NCBI GenBank assembly: GCA_951406725.2
Contig: OX597827.1
Location: 7,440,001 to 7,504,000 of the forward strand
Origin: Octopus vulgaris
Lineage: Eukaryota
Direction of reading: 5' to 3'
Length of the DNA: 64,000 bases
The first letter of the stretch is position 1. Each line of letters starts with the position of its first letter. The notes below the pieces were generated by a model. The model was not told where the DNA came from. It made no database searches and was given only the letters and a program-made list of their open reading frames with translations. Positions 13,247 to 26,358 of this stretch are shown here, in pieces. The position numbers and the translations under genes are program-made.

Positions 13247-14100
13247 CAGGAGTTTGACAAAATAATGGAAACACCTAGCATATAAGCATCATGATTTTGA
13301 AATATCTATAAAATTGTCAAAAGCTTGTTTATTTTTATGGTTTTTGATTTATTGTTAATGTTGCATAACATGTTTTGCTAAAATTGCTGTTTATTTTCAG
13401 ATATCATCAGAAAAAGGTAATTCAAATTCATTAAAATGACAGATTTATTGGACTTTCAAAGAGGTCAAATTGGTGCTCATATGGCAGGCACTAGCGTAAG
13501 GGAAACAACCAAAATGTTTGGTGTATCAAGGATTACTGTCTTGAAAGTAATGACAGCCTTTGTGAAAGAGGGAAAAACCTCCTTGTCGAAACCAAACTCC
13601 GGAAGAAAACCAAAACTTTCTGACAGAGACTGTTGGACTCTTACATGAATTGTTAGAAAGGATCACAAAAGTTCAGCTCCCAAAATTACTGCAGAGCTTA
13701 ATGACCACCTCGAGAATCCAGTTTCCACAAAAATTGTTTGCCTGGAGTTGCACAAAGCCAGATTTCATGGGAGGGCTGCGATCAGAAAACCACTACTTTC
13801 AAAAACAAATGTTACAAAGCGTTTAGAGTGCAGTAAAAACCTACAGAATTGGTCCCTAGAACAGTAGAAGAACGTTATTTTCTCGGATGTGTCATCCTTT
13901 ACTTATTTCCAACCACTGGCTGAGTATATGTGAGGAGACATCCAAAAGAAGCCTTTGACCCAGACTGCCTTCTTCCAACAGGTAAATATGGAGGAGGATC
14001 TATGATCTGGGGGGGATATATCTTGGAAATTAGCTGGCCCAATGGTTTTCCTTCATGGCAGAATTAATAGTGGAGACTATTTAAGCATTTTATTTGAATA
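13247..14100 (+). mobile_element. Tc1-family DNA transposon: left TIR and dead transposase (13436-~14098), 3' truncated
   Basis: TA|CAGGAGTTTGACAAAATAATGGAAACACC TIR; MTDLLDFQRGQI...GVSR...SGRKPKLS...AAIRKPLLS...VIFSD...GGGSMIWG motifs with stops and frameshifts. Confidence 0.9.
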
Positions 14101-14109
14101 CCATGGTGT

Positions 14110-14363
14110 TAAAGGTAAAGGTAAAGTTACTTTCTCGAGTCATAAGGCTCATAAGAGCTAGTTTCCCAGTTTCATGGCATCTATGTTCCTCACCTGGATG
14201 GGACACCTGTCCATCACAGGATTACTCATTTCTACCAGCTGAGTAGACTGGAGCAATGTGAAATAAAGTGTTTTGCTCAAAAACACAATGCATTGCCCAG
14301 TCCAGGAAATGAAACCACAATCTTAGGATCAGGAGTCCAACAGCCTAACCACTAAGCCACATG
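14110..14363 (-). mobile_element. SINE, family-F-type head with (CTTTAC)n tail
   Basis: Minus strand reads TGGCTTAGTGGTTAG...TTGAGCAAAACACTTTATTTC; AAAGGTAAAGGTAAAG on the plus strand is the tail. Confidence 0.75.
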
Positions 14364-16142
14364 GCTCAGCATGCCATGGTGCTGGGCCTGTATCACTGTT
14401 ACTACTGACCAGTTCAAGCTATTTCCTTAACAACTATTTAACCTTGAATCTCTAGGCAAATAATTGTTTTGAGCTGCTTGTCAAATAAAAGGTATCTCTG
14501 ATGTTGGCACTGGATGTTTAGTAGAAGGAAAAGGCATCTAATTGCTAAAGTAATTGCTTTTGAAAGCCTGTAATCATAAAGACAGATGACATGAACAAAC
14601 CATCTCATGATAGTTGATGAGACAAACTTCCATTCTGAAACAGCCCACTCTTATGAGACCCTGAAAATGGCCAAGACGATGGCATTATATCCTTTGATTA
14701 AATTGTGAAAAATATGATTCATTTAATCAATATATGTATGGCTGTGTGGTTAAAAAGCTTGGTTTGTAATCAGGAGGATGTAATAGCTGGTGCTGAGCCT
14801 AAGGGCTTGGGGAGAAGCGAATAAATGAGGAGTGTCAGCAAAGAGTCGAAGCTATTCTATTTTATTCTTTTACTTGTTTTAATCATTCGACTGCAGTCAT
14901 GTATGGGCACCACTTTGAAGGGTTTTAACCAAACAAATAAACCCCAGTACTTATTTGTAAGTCTGGTACTTATTCTATTGATTACTTTTACCGAACTACT
15001 ACGTTATGGGGATGTAAACAAACCAGCACAAATTGTCAAGCAATGGTAAAAGGGGTGATAACAAATAGAGTCACAAAAATACGTACACTTAGATATGTGT
15101 CAAAACCATAATGTTATATGATCGGCAGTTGATGACAAGTATAAGAAGTGCATTCCATAAGTTTTGAAACTTCTCTGAAAGAAACAGTTATAACTCTCCT
15201 AGATTACTATAATGTTAGTATATTAGTACTATACATATGATAAGCAGACCTGCCAACTTTTGTTATTCCAGATTAAAGGAGATGACTGTAACAGCAATTT
15301 GAACATGTTCCACTAAGCACTGCTTGTCACAACTGACTGGTTTGCAGAATGCAGTCAGGATGTGAAGACAATTTGGAAGCACACAATGCAATAAAGAGTG
15401 GTGGTAGTGGCACTGGTGCTTGTGGTGGTAGTGGCAGTGCTTGTGGTGGTGGAGATATTTCTTGCAATAATTGTGATAATGGCACAGTTGCGGTGATGAT
15501 GGTGATGATGATGGAGGTGGTACAGTGGGATCAATTAGCACAACACATCCCCAGCCCTTTACTATCAGGGGGCCCATTTCGCTAAATCAATAATTCTCCA
15601 TGAGACCTCGCCTGATTTTTTTTTTTCTGTTTTTTAATAGCTCAATAAAATAAAAATAAAACGAGACACATTTAGCATTTCACCATTTTCTTGGGAAAAT
15701 ATTCCACAATTCTTTTAAAGTAAATATTATGTTGTAGCCCTTATGTGGCCATAAGGTTATGTTAAAAGCCAATCTTTATCACCAACTTAGCATGAAATGT
15801 TTTGTTTGAACATTCATACTGATGCATGGTACGTAAAAGCATGCATATCATATCATTGGCAAATGAGAGTAAGTCTGCTGGTTATTTACAACATCAGTGC
15901 TTGAAAATCCACTGAGATTCTGTATATTGTTGGAAGTGAACTTTAGCTGGTATGATGCGAGTGGATGGCTATCACTGAAGATATGCAGTATGTTGAAATC
16001 ACATGATCTGGCTGTTCCTGCACTCATAATAGACAATTCTTCTCTGCCAATGATATAAACACTTATGCTTTTATGTGCTATGCATGCAAATGAGAGGTTC
16101 ACTTAAAATGAATAATAAAATATTTAGCATATTTAAAATATA

Positions 16143-16565
16143 GGCGCAGGAGTGGCTGTGTGGTAAGTAGCTTGCTTACCAACCACATGGTTCTGGGTTC
16201 AGTCCCACTGCGTGGCACCTTGGGCAAGTGTCTTCTGCTATAGCCTCGAGCCGACCAAAGCCTTGTGAGTGGATATGGTAGACGGAAACTGAAAGATGCC
16301 TGTCGTATATATGTATATATATATATATATGTGTGTGTTTGTATATGTTTGTGTGTCTGTGTTTTTCCCTCTAGCATTGCTTGACAACCGATCCTGGTGT
16401 GTTTACGTCCCCGTCACTTAGCGGTTCGGCAAAAGAGACCGATAGAATAAGTACTGGGCTTACAAAAGAATAAGTCCCGGGGTCGAGTTGCTCAACTAAA
16501 GGTGGTGCTCCAGCATGGCCGCAATCAAATGACTGAAACAAGTGAAAGAGTAAAGAGTAAAGAGT
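16143..16565 (+). mobile_element. SINE family A
   Basis: Full-length match to the other A copies. Confidence 0.92.
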
Positions 16566-17185
16566 ATTCCAACAAAGCATCCACGTTAAGTTGGAAATAA
16601 AGATTACCTTTCGATATTAATACTGCTTTTGTCACTAATAATCATGGTTGTATTATAAAGCATAACCCAAGAGCATTTGTATATTATATTAAATATTTGA
16701 ACAGTGAAATTATTTTGTCTTTGTGGCTCTTTTAAATCCATACCACGATGCGTTGGGTGGTAACCACTGACTTAGCCAGCCTGTAGTGATATTAAAACAA
16801 CATTAATAAAATATGAAATATGATGCCACTAATGATGTTAATTAGGATAGTGTTTTCTAAAAATCTTCATTAGTGAGAGAATATTTTAAATTGTTGCTCT
16901 GTATTATACATGTTAGCAGTGTTGTGAATTGAAGGCGTGGATTTTGTTAATTCTCCAGCCTATCAATAAATTTAAGCTATCTGTTGTTGTTGTTGTTGTT
17001 ATTAAGCTGCTGCTGCTGCTTCTATATTTTTTTGTTTTGCTTTTGCTTTGTTTTTTTTTTTTGTTTTTTTTGTTTGACAGATAGTAAAAAAGTTCAGTAT
17101 TGCTAGATTTAATTGTTATATAATGACTGATTTTAATGGAGTCATTCATATTTGTCTTCGCTCTTTGTTCTTTCTTTAAGTTCTG

Positions 17186-17271
17186 GGAGAGAGGAGGAGA
17201 GAGAGGGAAAGAGGAGAAGAGAGAGAGAGAGAAAGAGAGAGAGAGTGAGGAGGAGAGAGAGGGAAAGAGAA

Positions 17272-17305
<34 letters not shown>

Positions 17306-18280
17306 GATGTGTGTGTGAAATGGAGTTAAGGAGAGAGGAGGAGAGAGAGGGAAAGAGGAAGAGAGAGAGAAAAAGAGAGAGAGAGAGGATGTGTGTGTGA
17401 AATGGAGTTAAGGAGAGAGGAGGAGAGAGAGGGAAAGAGGAAGAGAGAGTGAAAAAGAGAGAGAGAGAGGATGTGTGTGTGAAATGGAATTAAGGAGAGA
17501 GGAAGGAATGAGGAAGGGAATAAAGGGGAGTGAATGAAAGTAAAGGAGGGAGAAAAGAAAGAAAAATAAGTAAAAGAGTGAGGAGAAAATGAATGAGAGC
17601 AAATGAGAGACAAGAAATGAGGGGAAAAAAGTGGAGAAAGAAAGAGAGAGTGAAAAAGAGGAAAAGAAGAAGGAGGAAGAGGAGAGAGGAAGAGTGAAGG
17701 TGGAGAAGGGAAAAGAAGGAGATAAAAGAGAGAGAGAATAAAATGAAAGGGGACAAAGGAGAAAGTAGAGAAGAAGGAGAGGGGGAAGAAGGAGGGAAAG
17801 AGAAAAAGGGAGAGAAAAAGGAAATAAAAGAGGTAGAACAAGAGAAAAGGAGAAGAGAGAAAGGGAAGGAGAAAGGGATAGGGGAAAGAGTAAAGGAAGC
17901 AGTAGAAAGAAGGCAGAGAGAAGAAAGAGGATGAAGGAGTCAGCAGAAGGAGGAAAGAAAGGAAAAAGAGACAGAGAGTGAGGGTAAGAGAGTAAAGGGG
18001 AGACAAAGAGAAATAAAAGAGGGAGAGATAAGAGTGACATTGAATGAAGGAGAGAGAGGAGGAAGTGAAAGAATGAGTGAGAGGAGAGATAGTAAAAAGA
18101 AGTAAAAGGAAAAAGAGAACAAGAGAAAAAGCAGAGAGGGAGAGAAGAGAAGGGAATGAAGGAAACAGCAGAAGGAATGTAAAGAGAACAGAATGAAAGA
18201 GAGAATGAAGCATACAGCAGAAAAGAGAGAGAGAGAGGGAGAGGGGGAGAGAGAGAGAGGGAGAGAGAGAGAGAGATGGG
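17186..18280 (+). repeat. ~1.1-kb polypurine tract starting with ~3 copies of an ~82-bp unit
   Basis: Almost only A/G on the plus strand; GGATGTGTGTGTGAAATGGA repeated. Confidence 0.9.
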
Positions 18281-18581
18281 GGTAGTAAATCTTCCATTTT
18301 ACTCATTGTTTTACTTGCTTCCATAATTTCTGTAGCCATTGGAACTAACGGGGTTTTTTTTTTTCTTTTCCCCATTGTTTTCATCACAGGGAATTTCTGA
18401 CATGTCTCCTCCTTGCTTGATTTCCAATGACAAGAAGAATAGAAGGGGCTTTTATGCTGTGGAGAAAACCCCTGGTATTTTGTCCCTTTAAGTGGAACAG
18501 AAATTGGCCTAATAAATTCCTGCAAACTTTTTATCCTACTTAAAGAGTAATTATCCTGCTGATATGAAGTTGTGATTGCTA

Positions 18582-18619
18582 TAGTAGTAGTAGTAGTGGT
18601 GGTGGTGGTGATGGTGGTG

Positions 18620-18660
<41 letters not shown>

Positions 18661-18745
18661 GGTGGCAGTAGTAGTAGTAGTGGTGGTGGTGGTGGTAGTA
18701 GTAGCAGTAGTAGTGGTGGTGGTGGTGGTGGTGGTGGTGGTGGTG

Positions 18746-18777
<32 letters not shown>

Positions 18778-19010
18778 GGTGGTAGTAGTAGTAGTAGTAG
18801 TGGTGGTGGTGGTGGTAGTAGTAGTAGTAGTGGTGGTGGTGGTAGTAGTAGCAGTAGTAGTAGTGGTGGTAGTGGTGGTGGTGGTGGTGGTAGTGGTGGT
18901 GGTGGTGGTGGTAGTAGTAGTAATGGTGGTGGTAGTAGTAGTAGTAGTAGTGGTGGTGGTTGTAGGAGTAGTAGTAGCAGCAACAGCAGTAGTAGTTGTT
19001 GTTGTAGTTG
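18582..19010. repeat. (GTA/GTG)n microsatellite
   Basis: Directly visible. Confidence 0.95.
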
Positions 19011-19269
19011 ATGTTGCTATTGTCGTTTATTTTTATCTTTTACCTTTTGCTTGCTTCACTCATTAGACTGTGACCATACCCCCGAGGTAATGCCTTGAAG
19101 AATTTTTAGCTCAATGAATCAACTCCAGTGCTTAATTCTTTCTGTTTTGCAAGCCTGGAACTTATTTTATTGGTCTCCTGTTCCAAACCACCAAGTTACA
19201 CAGATGTAACACCCACTGGTTGTCAAGTGGTGGTCGCAGGGGACAAACACAAAGACAAAAACACACACA

Positions 19270-19303
<34 letters not shown>

Positions 19304-19363
19304 TGTTTGTCTTTGTATATATATATATATATATCTTTGTATATATATATATATATATATATA

Positions 19364-19747
19364 GGCACAGGAGTGGCTGGGTGGTAAGTAGCTTGTTTAC
19401 CAACCACATGGTTCCGGGTTCAGTCCTACTGCGTGGCATCTTGGGCAAGTCTCTTCTGCTATAGCCTTGGGCCGACCAAAGCCTTGTGAGTGGATTTGGT
19501 AGACGGAAACTGAAAGAAGCCCGTCGTATATATGTATATATATGTATATGTGTGTGTGCATGTATATTTGTGTTTGTCCCCCTAGCATTGCTTGACAACC
19601 GATGCTGGTGTGTTTATGTCCCCGTCACTTAGCGGTTCGGCAAAAGAGACCGATAGAATAAGTACTGGGGTCGAGTTGCTCTACTAAAGGCGGTGCTCCA
19701 GCATGGCCGCAGTCAAATGACTGAAACAAGTAAAAGAGTAAAAGAGT
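19364..19747 (+). mobile_element. SINE family A, flanked by inverted A fragments (19040-19270, 19750-19913)
   Basis: Sequence identity to family A on both strands. Confidence 0.9.
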
Positions 19748-19915
19748 ATATGATAGGCTTCTTTCACTTTCTATCTACTAAATCCACTCACAAGGCATTG
19801 GTCGGCCAGAGGCTATAGTAGAAGACACTTGCCCAAGGTGCCAGATAGTGAAACTGAACCCAGAATCATGTGGTTGGTAAGTAAGCTGCTTATCACACAG
19901 CCACTTCTGTGCCTT

Positions 19916-19976
<61 letters not shown>

Positions 19977-20020
19977 ATGAGATATATATGTATATGATAT
20001 GGTTCTTTCACTTTCCATTT

Positions 20021-20415
20021 GTGGAGGCGCAATGGCCCAGTGGTTAGGGCAGCGGACTCGCGGTCATAGGATCGCGGTTTCGATTCCCAGACCGGGCGTT
20101 GTGAGTGTTTATTGAGCGAAAACACCTAAAGCTCCACTAGGCTCCGGCAGGGGATGGTGGTGATCCCTGCTGTACTCTTTCACCACAATTTTCTCTCACT
20201 CTTACTTCCTGTTTCTGTTGTACCTGTATTTCAAAGGGCCGGCCTTGTCACTCTCTGTGTCACGCTGAATATCCCCGAGAACTACCTTAAGGGTACACGT
20301 GTCTGTGGAGTGCTCAGCCACTTACACGTTAATTTCACGAGCAGGCTGTTCCGTTGATTCAGATCAACCGGAACCCTCATCGTTGTAACCGACGGAGTGC
20401 TTCCCTTCCCTTCCC
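20021..20415 (+). mobile_element. SINE family D with 14-bp TSD, nested in a minus-strand A-like copy
   Basis: TSD TTCACTTTCCATTT on both sides; (CTTCC)n tail; host resumes at ATTAAATCCACTCACAAGGC. Confidence 0.92.
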
Positions 20416-21034
20416 TTCACTTTCCATTTATTAAATCCACTCACAAGGCTTTTTTTGGTCCGAGGCTGTTGTAGAAGACACTTGCCCAAGGTGCCACACA
20501 GAGGGACTGAACCCGGAACAATGTGGCTGGGAAGCAAGCTTCTTACCACACAGCCACGCCTGTGATGATGGTGATGATATTTTTGTTGTTGTTGATGATG
20601 ATGATAATGATGATGTTAGTAGTAGTTGTTGTTGATGATATTGGTGTTTTTATTCCTGTTACCGTTGCTGATATTGGTGTTGTTGCTTGGCTCCAGATCT
20701 CAACTCTGATTGAGCAGACCATGATCCAAGACATTACAACCATGACCATCCTGTCTTCTTAGGTATATATAAAAAGGTACAACATTATCTAATGTGTCTT
20801 TTAGTGAACATGGCAGGTGGTGATTCGAGGGAGATTTAAATGCCATTTTCAGTAAGTCAAGTAATAGAAAAATGACTCATTCATTCAATCATACTGATTT
20901 GATTATGGAGATAATGGAAGCAAGGTGTGGAGTAGGTGTTGTCCTTGAAAAAGATGCAAACAAAGGCACCATTTTACATCAATGTAATCCAGACTCAAGC
21001 ACACATATACAGAAACACACACATATATTTACAT

Positions 21035-21255
21035 AGGAGTGGCTGTGTGGTAAGTAGCTTGCTTACCAACCACAAGGTTCCAGGTTCAGTTCCAGTGCAT
21101 GGCATCTTGGGAAAAGCGTCTTCTACTATAACCTCGGGCCAACCAAAGCCTTGTGAGTGGATTCGGTAGACAGAAACTGAAAGAAGCCTGTCGTATATAT
21201 GTATATGTGTATATGTATGTGTGTGCATATATTTTTGTGTGTCTGTGTTTGTCTG
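21035..21255 (+). mobile_element. SINE family A, 5' half
   Basis: Head and body up to the internal microsatellite. Confidence 0.85.
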
Positions 21256-21287
21256 CATATATGTGTGTGTGTGTATGTGTGTGTGTA

Positions 21288-21319
<32 letters not shown>

Positions 21320-22186
21320 ATATAAATAAAGTTAGATAGACCAGATTTACCTGACTTTATTTATATTATATACTGCTCTATGTACATTTCTGTGTCCTAA
21401 TATTTCTTGGTCAATTATGTGTGATCTGAATGGGTTTGGGCTGCCATCTCTAGGAGACTGAGTAACCCTGTAGAGACACAAATATTGGCACATTTCTGAA
21501 AGTTTGTGATCACAATAATTTCCATTGATCTACGATTTAATTTGCCCTTGTATAGCTTAGACAAAAGTGTGTGATTTGAAGGAGATTTCATTGCCGTTTC
21601 TAGTAAGATGAATAACCACGTAAAGACTGATATTGACACATATTATGAAAGTTTGTGAAGATATGATAATTTCCATTGATCTAGCAATTATTAATATTAA
21701 TAAAGACAGGGCAATGAGTACAATAGACTCTCTTATCCAATAAATATATTCATTAATAACGAGTGATCCTATATTGAAAAGCAAAGATTAAATATATTTA
21801 AAAAAAAGCCATAACAAATTTGATAAAAATCATTCTAAATTTAATAATGTCTTAATTGGAGATCAATGTAGTAACACATTAATTTCATTGTAACACCTGA
21901 AAACAAGGCCATCTTCAGTGTATTGCAAATAATATAAAGGACATTTGAAAAAAAGCCAAACCCCACTCGCTCTTGTAAAATATAATTTATACAAATAATA
22001 TATAAATTGGTATATATATAAGAAAATTAGTGTTTTATTGATGGTGATGAAGATAATAATATTAATGATTATAACAATAATAAATTTGGTGAAAATATCT
22101 GGGAAATAATTCAGTTCTTATAAGATAACTTTAAAAGTATTTACTTCAAAGTAGAAAATAAAATTAAAAATTCTTTTATCATATAT

Positions 22187-22900
22187 GAGAGAGAGGGGGG
22201 GAGGAAAAGGGAGAGAGGGAAAGTGGGAGAAGGAAGAGAGTAAGGATGGGAAGGGAATGAGAGATAGAGTCAGGGAAAGAGTGAGGGAGAGAATGAAAGA
22301 GAGAAAGAGAAAGAAGGGATAGAATGAGGTGGAAAAAGAAAGAAGAGAGAGGGAGAGAGAGAGGGTGAGAGAGAAGAGAAAGGAGAGAACGTTTGGGAGA
22401 AAGGTATAAGAGAAAGTTAAAGAGAGTGAGAGAATGGGTGAAAGAGAGAGAGAAAGAAAAGAGAAAGAATGAAAGAGAGAGAGAAAGAAAGAGTGAGAGA
22501 AAGAAAGAGAAAGAGAGAGAGAGTGTGAAAGAGAAGAGAAAGGAGAGCACGTTTGGGAGAAAGGTATAAGAGAAAGTTAAAAAGAGTGAGAGAATGGGTG
22601 AAAGAGAGAAAGAAAAAAGAAAGAATGAAAGAGAGAGAGAAAGAAAGAGTGAGAGAAGGAAAGAGAAAGAGAGAGAGAGGGTGAAAGAGAAGAGAAAGGA
22701 GAGCACGTTTGGGAGAAAGGTATAAGAGAAAGCTAAAAAGAGTGAGAGAATGGGTGAAAGAGAGAAAGAAAAAAGAAAGAATGAAAGAGAGAGAGAAAGA
22801 AAGAGTGAGAGAAGGAAAGAGAAAGAGAGAAAGAGACCAGGAGAAAGATAGGAAGAGAGTGTGAATGAGAGAGACAGAGAGACAGACAGACAGACTGAGA
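22187..22900 (+). repeat. Purine-rich tract with 3 tandem ~156-160-bp units
   Basis: ACGTTTGGGAGAAAGGTATAAGAGAAAG recurs at ~22389, 22549 and 22705. Confidence 0.88.
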
Positions 22901-23301
22901 GCAATCTTACAGTTTCCTCATGAATAATGAGAAATGCAAGAATATAAATAAAAAGAGAAGAATAAAGCTTAGCAAAATATTGCAAAGAAATTCCTATGAA
23001 AAGTTAAAACGAGAAAAGACCAAACAAAGACAAAAAAAAACAAAAGAAAAATGGAAAGAAATAGAAATAATGAAAAAACAAAAAAAACAAAATCACAAAA
23101 TGTCAGATATAATCGTACAAAGCAAACTTTACGACATGGGAGCAAATGTTTGGGAATCTTACTAGTAGTAAGTCAATAGTGTAAGTGAAGATCTATGCTT
23201 CTTTTTTTTTACAATATTTGTGAAGATTAAGTGTCACCAGAGAAAAAAACAGCAGCTACTACTACAGCAGCAGCAACAACAACAGCAATAACAACAACAA
23301 T

Positions 23302-23336
<35 letters not shown>

Positions 23337-23616
23337 AAGCAACAAGGATAACCAAAAGAAAGACCGGTGAAACAAAGCAAACGGAAGCAATAGATTTTGA
23401 TGCTGGAATGAATGTCAAGGTTTTTACTGCCACAATTTCCTGGCAAGCTCTTTAAATTTCACGTCCCCGTTGGTTGCACTCATGCAACCAGCTTTGATCT
23501 TGGAACCAGAAGCACAAACAATACTCTGAAGTCTATATATGTATGTGTATATATATATATATACATATATCTGTATGTATATATATATATATACATATAT
23601 CTGTATGTATATATAT

Positions 23617-23660
<44 letters not shown>

Positions 23661-24100
23661 ATATGTGTATATATGTATATATATATGTGTCTGTATGTAT
23701 GTATTATACAAAAAAAAAAGGTGGGGAAGAAAAAAAGAACAGAAATCAAATCAAGCAAGCTAAAATTAAACCCCAAACATTTCCTTTTGAGAGTTTTCTT
23801 CTGCAACTGATTGGACAAGGTAAACAGAAAGAAAGCCACTGAAAATATTGATAGTAGCCATGAAAGTGTATGAAAGTTGATCTCTGAATGACAAGAAATG
23901 CCAATGTAGGAGTTGAGAATGGCACTAACGCAATTTCCCAAATTTATCTCTGCTAGAGTTGTTAACTCTTTTCAGAAAAAAATACCAGTCCTTTTCTAAA
24001 TAATATAATTTCCTTTCTGGTGGAACTAAAATGAATTTCTTCTTTTTTTATCCCCTTCTTTTTGAATTATAATGGAATTGTTTTTAATTTATACATAATA

Positions 24101-24512
24101 GGCGCAGGAGTGGCTTTGTGGTAAGTAGCTTGCTAACCAACCACATGGTTCCGGGTTCAGTCCCACTGCGTGGCACCTTGGGCAAGTGTCTTCTACTATA
24201 GCCTCGGGCCGAGCAAAGCCTTGTGAGTGGATTTGGTAGACAGAAACTGAAAGAAGCCCGTCGTATATATGTATATATATATGTGCGTGTGTGTGTTTCT
24301 GTGTCTGTGTTTGTCCCCCTAGTATTGCTTGACAACCGATGCTGGTGTGTTTATGTCCCCGTCACTTAGCAGTTCGGCAAAAGAGACTGATAGAATAAGT
24401 ACTGGGCTTACAAAGAATAAGTCCCGGGGTCGATTTGCTCGACTAAAGGCGGTGCTCCAGCATGGCCGCAGTCAAATGACTGAAACAAGTAAAAGAGTAA
24501 AAGAGAAAGAGT
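24101..24512 (+). mobile_element. SINE family A
   Basis: Full-length match. Confidence 0.92.
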
Positions 24513-24856
24513 AACCAAATAGAAGAATTAGTCTCTGAATGCCAAGAAATTCACTTGGTACACATTACTTTTGATTGTATTTGATCACACTGCACTGCAT
24601 CCTGGGGAAATGTCTTCTTCTGCAAGCCATGGGTTGTACTGGGATTTGGTTGACAGAAATGGTGCAGAAGCCCATAATATACATACGTACATACAAACAT
24701 ATATCTATATATGTGTGTGTGTGTGTATTTTTTTATACTTCATTATCTACAAATGTCTTCAAAAGTTTAATGCTAAACTGGCTTTTCTTAGAATATATTT
24801 CTTCTTGATGTTCATTCTGTATGCATTTGTCTATTGAAGATATTTTCTTAACTATA

Positions 24857-25457
24857 GGCGTAGGAGTGGCTGTGGAGTAAGTAGCTTGCTTACCAACCAC
24901 ATGGTTCTGAGTTCAGTCCCACTGCATGGCCGACCAAAGCCTTGTGAGTGGATTTGGTAGATGGAAACTGAAAGAAGCCCGTCGTATATATGTATATATA
25001 TATATATATATGTGCGTGTGTGTTTGTGTGTCTGTGTTTGTCCCCCTAGTATTGTTGACAACCGATGCTGGTGTGTTTATGTCCCCGTCACTTAGCGGTT
25101 CGGCAAGGGAGACCGACAGAATAAGTAGTGGGCTTACAAAGAATAAGTCCCGGGTCGAGTTGCTCGATTAAAGGTGGTGCTCCAGCATGGCCGCAGTCAA
25201 ATGACTGAAACAACTAAAAGAGAATATATATATGTATATATGCATATGTATGTGTCTGTGTTTGTCCCCCCAACATTGCTTGACAACCGATGCTGGTATG
25301 TTTACGTCCCCCGTAACTTAGCAGTTCAGCAAAATACACCGATAGAATAAGTACTAGGCTTACAAAGAATAAGTCCTGGGGTCAATTTTCTCGACTAAAG
25401 GTGGTGCTCCAGCATGGCCACAGTCAAATGACTGAAACAAGTAAAAGAGTAAAGAGT
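24857..25457 (+). mobile_element. SINE family A with internal deletion, followed by a second 3' half
   Basis: A copy at 24857-25223, then a second 3' half at 25250-25457. Confidence 0.88.
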
Positions 25458-25748
25458 TACTTCAATTTAACCAATTTTGGATTTCCTTGATAACATTGTG
25501 TTAGTATATATTTTTGTACATATTAATTTGACTGGTGTTTTATACCTTTTTTTAGGTATCTAAATATGCTGGTACAATAGAAATGACCTTCAGTAATGTA
25601 TGATGTAATCACCAATTAAAGATGTGACTTTCCCCACCCTTATTCTTGTTGTCCTATAGTATAGGACCTATACACTTATTATATGGTATAATTCTAAACA
25701 GGGCAAATTTTAGCCATTTCTCTACAGACTGAAAAAAAATGACAAACA

Positions 25749-25792
25749 ACCTTAATCAATTTTCACACCTTATTTGGATTCTCATCAGAGGC
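25749..25792 (-). ncRNA. Degenerate minimal hammerhead ribozyme (PLE type)
   Basis: GCCU-CUGAUGA-GAAUCCAAAUAAGGUGU-GAAA-AUUGAUU-A-AGGU: intact core, stem I GCCU/AGGU, near-palindromic stem III, weak stem II. Confidence 0.55.
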
Positions 25793-26024
25793 ATCGAAAT
25801 CATTTTGACAATCTCCAGAGATCTAGCCAACCAAATTGCTTATATACCCAACAAATGCAGCAGTTACTCTATGAAGGACTGCCTAATTTGCATACCAAAT
25901 GCATTTAACACTAACAGGGATCTTAGTCCACACAGTATCAAGGTATGATATAATATATATGTAATATGTATGTATATGTGTAATATGTATATATACGTAT
26001 AATATATGTATATATATCTGTAAT

Positions 26025-26270
26025 CATCATCATCATCATCATCATTTAGCGTCCGCTTTCCATGCTAGCATGGGTTGGACGGTTCAACTGGGGTCTGTGA
26101 AGCCAGAAGGCTGCATCAGGCCCAGTCTGATCTGGCAGTGTTTCTACGGCTGGATGCCCTTCCTAACGCCAACCACTCCGTGAGTGTAGTGGGTGCTTTT
26201 TATGTGCCACCCACACAGGTGCCAGACGGAGCTGGCAAATGGCCACGGACGGATGATGCTTTTTACGTGC
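26025..26270 (-). mobile_element. Family C RTE-related non-autonomous retroelement, 3' part
   Basis: GGTTGGCGTTAGGAAGGGCATCCAG and a (GAT)n tail on the minus strand. Confidence 0.85.
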
Positions 26271-26316
26271 CATATATGTATAATATGTATATAGATGTAT
26301 ACATATTGCTCTCTCT

Positions 26317-26358
<42 letters not shown>

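Noticed and set aside
17326-18525. 399-aa Leu/Ser/Phe ORF resembling a membrane protein
   Set aside because: Antisense reading of a polypurine tract, which lacks stop codons.
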